A stretch of DNA of 64,000 nt from Stegostoma tigrinum (taxonomy: Eukaryota). The notes beneath the pieces are model-generated. The model searched no databases. It saw nothing but the letters and a program-made list of their open reading frames with translations, and was not told the DNA's origin. The position numbers and the translations under genes were made by a program. Positions 62,038-64,000 of this stretch are shown here, piece after piece. Positions within the stretch are counted from its first letter, which is position 1. Every line of letters starts with the position of its first letter. Where the stretch lies: NCBI RefSeq assembly GCF_030684315.1, contig NC_081369.1:2222689-2286688 (forward strand), written 5' to 3'.

Positions 62038-62609
62038 CATGTGCAGAGGCTAACTGGCCATTTGACTGCGTGTGTTTATTTATAGCAAGATCTCAGCTTC
62101 CCTTGTGACCCCCAGAGAAAGGTGCTTTATCCCTACTGCCCATAGTGTAGACAGCAATGGGAGTAAAACGCAGGAGACAGAGGGAACAGAAAGATTCCAC
62201 AGTATTAACAACATGTGAAGCACCACATGGCACTGAGTCCAAACCTTTCTCAGAGAGAGGAATGGCAGGCCAGACAGAAACAGAAAGTCCAAGGAGAGAA
62301 AGAGAGTGATGGATAGGGATGGGGCGAGAAAGTGACAGGAATCAGGGAGAAAGAGAGATATATATATATATATAGAGAGAGAGAGAAAACAGACAGAGAG
62401 CATGAAGGAAAGATCTCAGGGAGACAAGCTGAAGGAAAGAGATAAGAAGACATAGAGAAGTAGAAAACCATCAAGCGAGGAAGGCAAAGATCAGCAGAAT
62501 GTGAACCCATGGAAAGGAGAGAAACATCGAGGCAGAGACAACAAAGGACAGGGAACTTAGGCAAGAACTGGGCAACATAAAATGGGAACAGATGCTGTCA
62601 GGGAAGAGC

Positions 62610-64000
62610 ACTATTGAAATGTAGAAATTGTTGAAGGAATGCATGCTGCGTGTGCTCGATATGTTTGTCCCTAGCAGGCAGGGAAGATGCGGTTGAGTAA
62701 TGGAGCGTTGGTTCTCAAGAGAGGTCGAAAAACTAGTTAAGAAGAAGAAGGATGCTTATGTAAGGCTTAGGAAACAAGGAACGGAAAAGGCCCTAGAGGG
62801 ATATGAGTTATCCTGGAAGGAGCTGAATAAAGGGTTTGGGAGAGCTATAATGTGGCATGAGAAAACCTTGGCAGATAGGATCAAGGAAAACTCCAAGGCT
62901 TTTTACACCTATGTGAGGAATAAGAGAATGGCCAGAGAAAGGGTAGGGCCATTCAAGGATTGTAAAGGGAATTTGTGCACAGTGGTAAAAGAGATGGGAG
63001 AGGTCCTTAATAAACACTATTCTTCAGTATTCACAAATGAGAGGGACCTAGTTGTAGAGGAGGACAGTGTGAGAAAGGCTAGTAGGCAAGACGAGATGCA
63101 TGTTAGTCAGGAAGATTTACTAGGAATTTTGAGGAACTTGAAGATAGATAAATCCTCCCGGCCAGATGGGATTTATCCAAGGATTCTATGGGAAGCGAGG
63201 GAAGAGATCACAGGGCTTTTTGGCGATGCTCCTTTCATCCTCACCATCCACGGGTATAGTGAAGGATAAGATTGGAAAGAGGCAAACATCATTCCCTTGT
63301 TCAAAATAAGGGAACAGGGATAAGCCAAGAAATTACAGGCCAGGTCATCCTTCGTCAGTGGTGGGCAGATTATTGAAAAGGGCTCTGAGAGATAGGATTT
63401 ATGATCACTTTAAAAGGTACAGTCTGATTTGTGATAGTCAGCATGGATTTATGAGGGGTAGATCATGCCTCACAAACCTTACTGAATTCTTTGAAGAGGT
63501 GACCAAACAATTGGTGAATGTGGAGCAGTGGATGTGGTATATGTGGATTTAAGTAAGGCATTTGGTAAGGTTCATGTGGGAGGATCATGCAGCAGTTAAG
63601 GAGGCATGGGATAGGGGCAAATGTGGCAGGTTGGATTTGGAATTGGCTGACCCTTAGAAGACAAAGGGTGGTAGTGGGCAGAAGATATTCAATATGGTAC
63701 TTAGTTACGAGTGGGGTGCCACAAGGATCTGTTCTGGGTCTGCTTCTGTTTGTGATTTTTGTAAATCATTTAGATGTAGGAGTGGAAGGATAGATTAGTA
63801 AGCTCACGGGTGGTAGGAAGGTGGGTCGAGTTGTGGATAGTGCAGAGGGCTGTTCTAGGTTTCAAAGGGACATTGATAGGATGCAGAGCTGGGCTGAGAT
63901 GTGGCAGATGGAGTTTAGCCCTGAAAAGTGTGAGGTGATTCATTTTGGAAGGACAAACTTGAAAGTAGAATACAGGGTTAACGGAAATATTCTTGGCAGT
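62610..64000 (+). mobile_element. CR1 LINE (runs off the window end)
   Basis: IKENSKAFYTYV, KSSRPDGIYP, QHGFMRGRSCLTNL, SGVPQGSVLG. Confidence 0.93.

Noticed and set aside
1-64000. Prokaryotic features (CRISPR arrays, operons) and true tRNA/rRNA genes
   Set aside because: Sequence is vertebrate; there are no regularly spaced repeat-spacer arrays, and tRNA-like boxes belong to SINE heads.

Overview
Eukaryotic, repeat-rich vertebrate DNA, very probably a shark or other cartilaginous fish (HE1-like tRNA SINEs, CR1 LINEs, abundant Penelope-like elements). Most six-frame ORFs are transposon debris. The host-gene content is a tandem, same-strand pair of non-rearranging antigen-receptor-like Ig-superfamily genes with exon order leader / germline-joined VJ / C1 / TM / cytoplasmic. 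Copy 1 (19872-~30766) can be spliced by hand into an open ~281-aa type I receptor with an Arg at the start of the TM; its last exon is tentative. Copy 2 (44766-51101) is a pseudogene with frameshifts, stops and damaged splice sites. The 5' part holds a decayed endogenous retrovirus env plus 3' LTR (class I fusion protein, split by a CR1) and a deleted Gypsy element. Penelope terminal repeats with minimal hammerhead-ribozyme cores are scattered throughout, some as short fold-back insertions with target-site duplications. An unassigned minus-strand exon candidate and a degenerate higher-order repeat lie near the 3' end. Exon coordinates were read base by base; repeat boundaries are approximate and family names come from motif recognition, not database searches.
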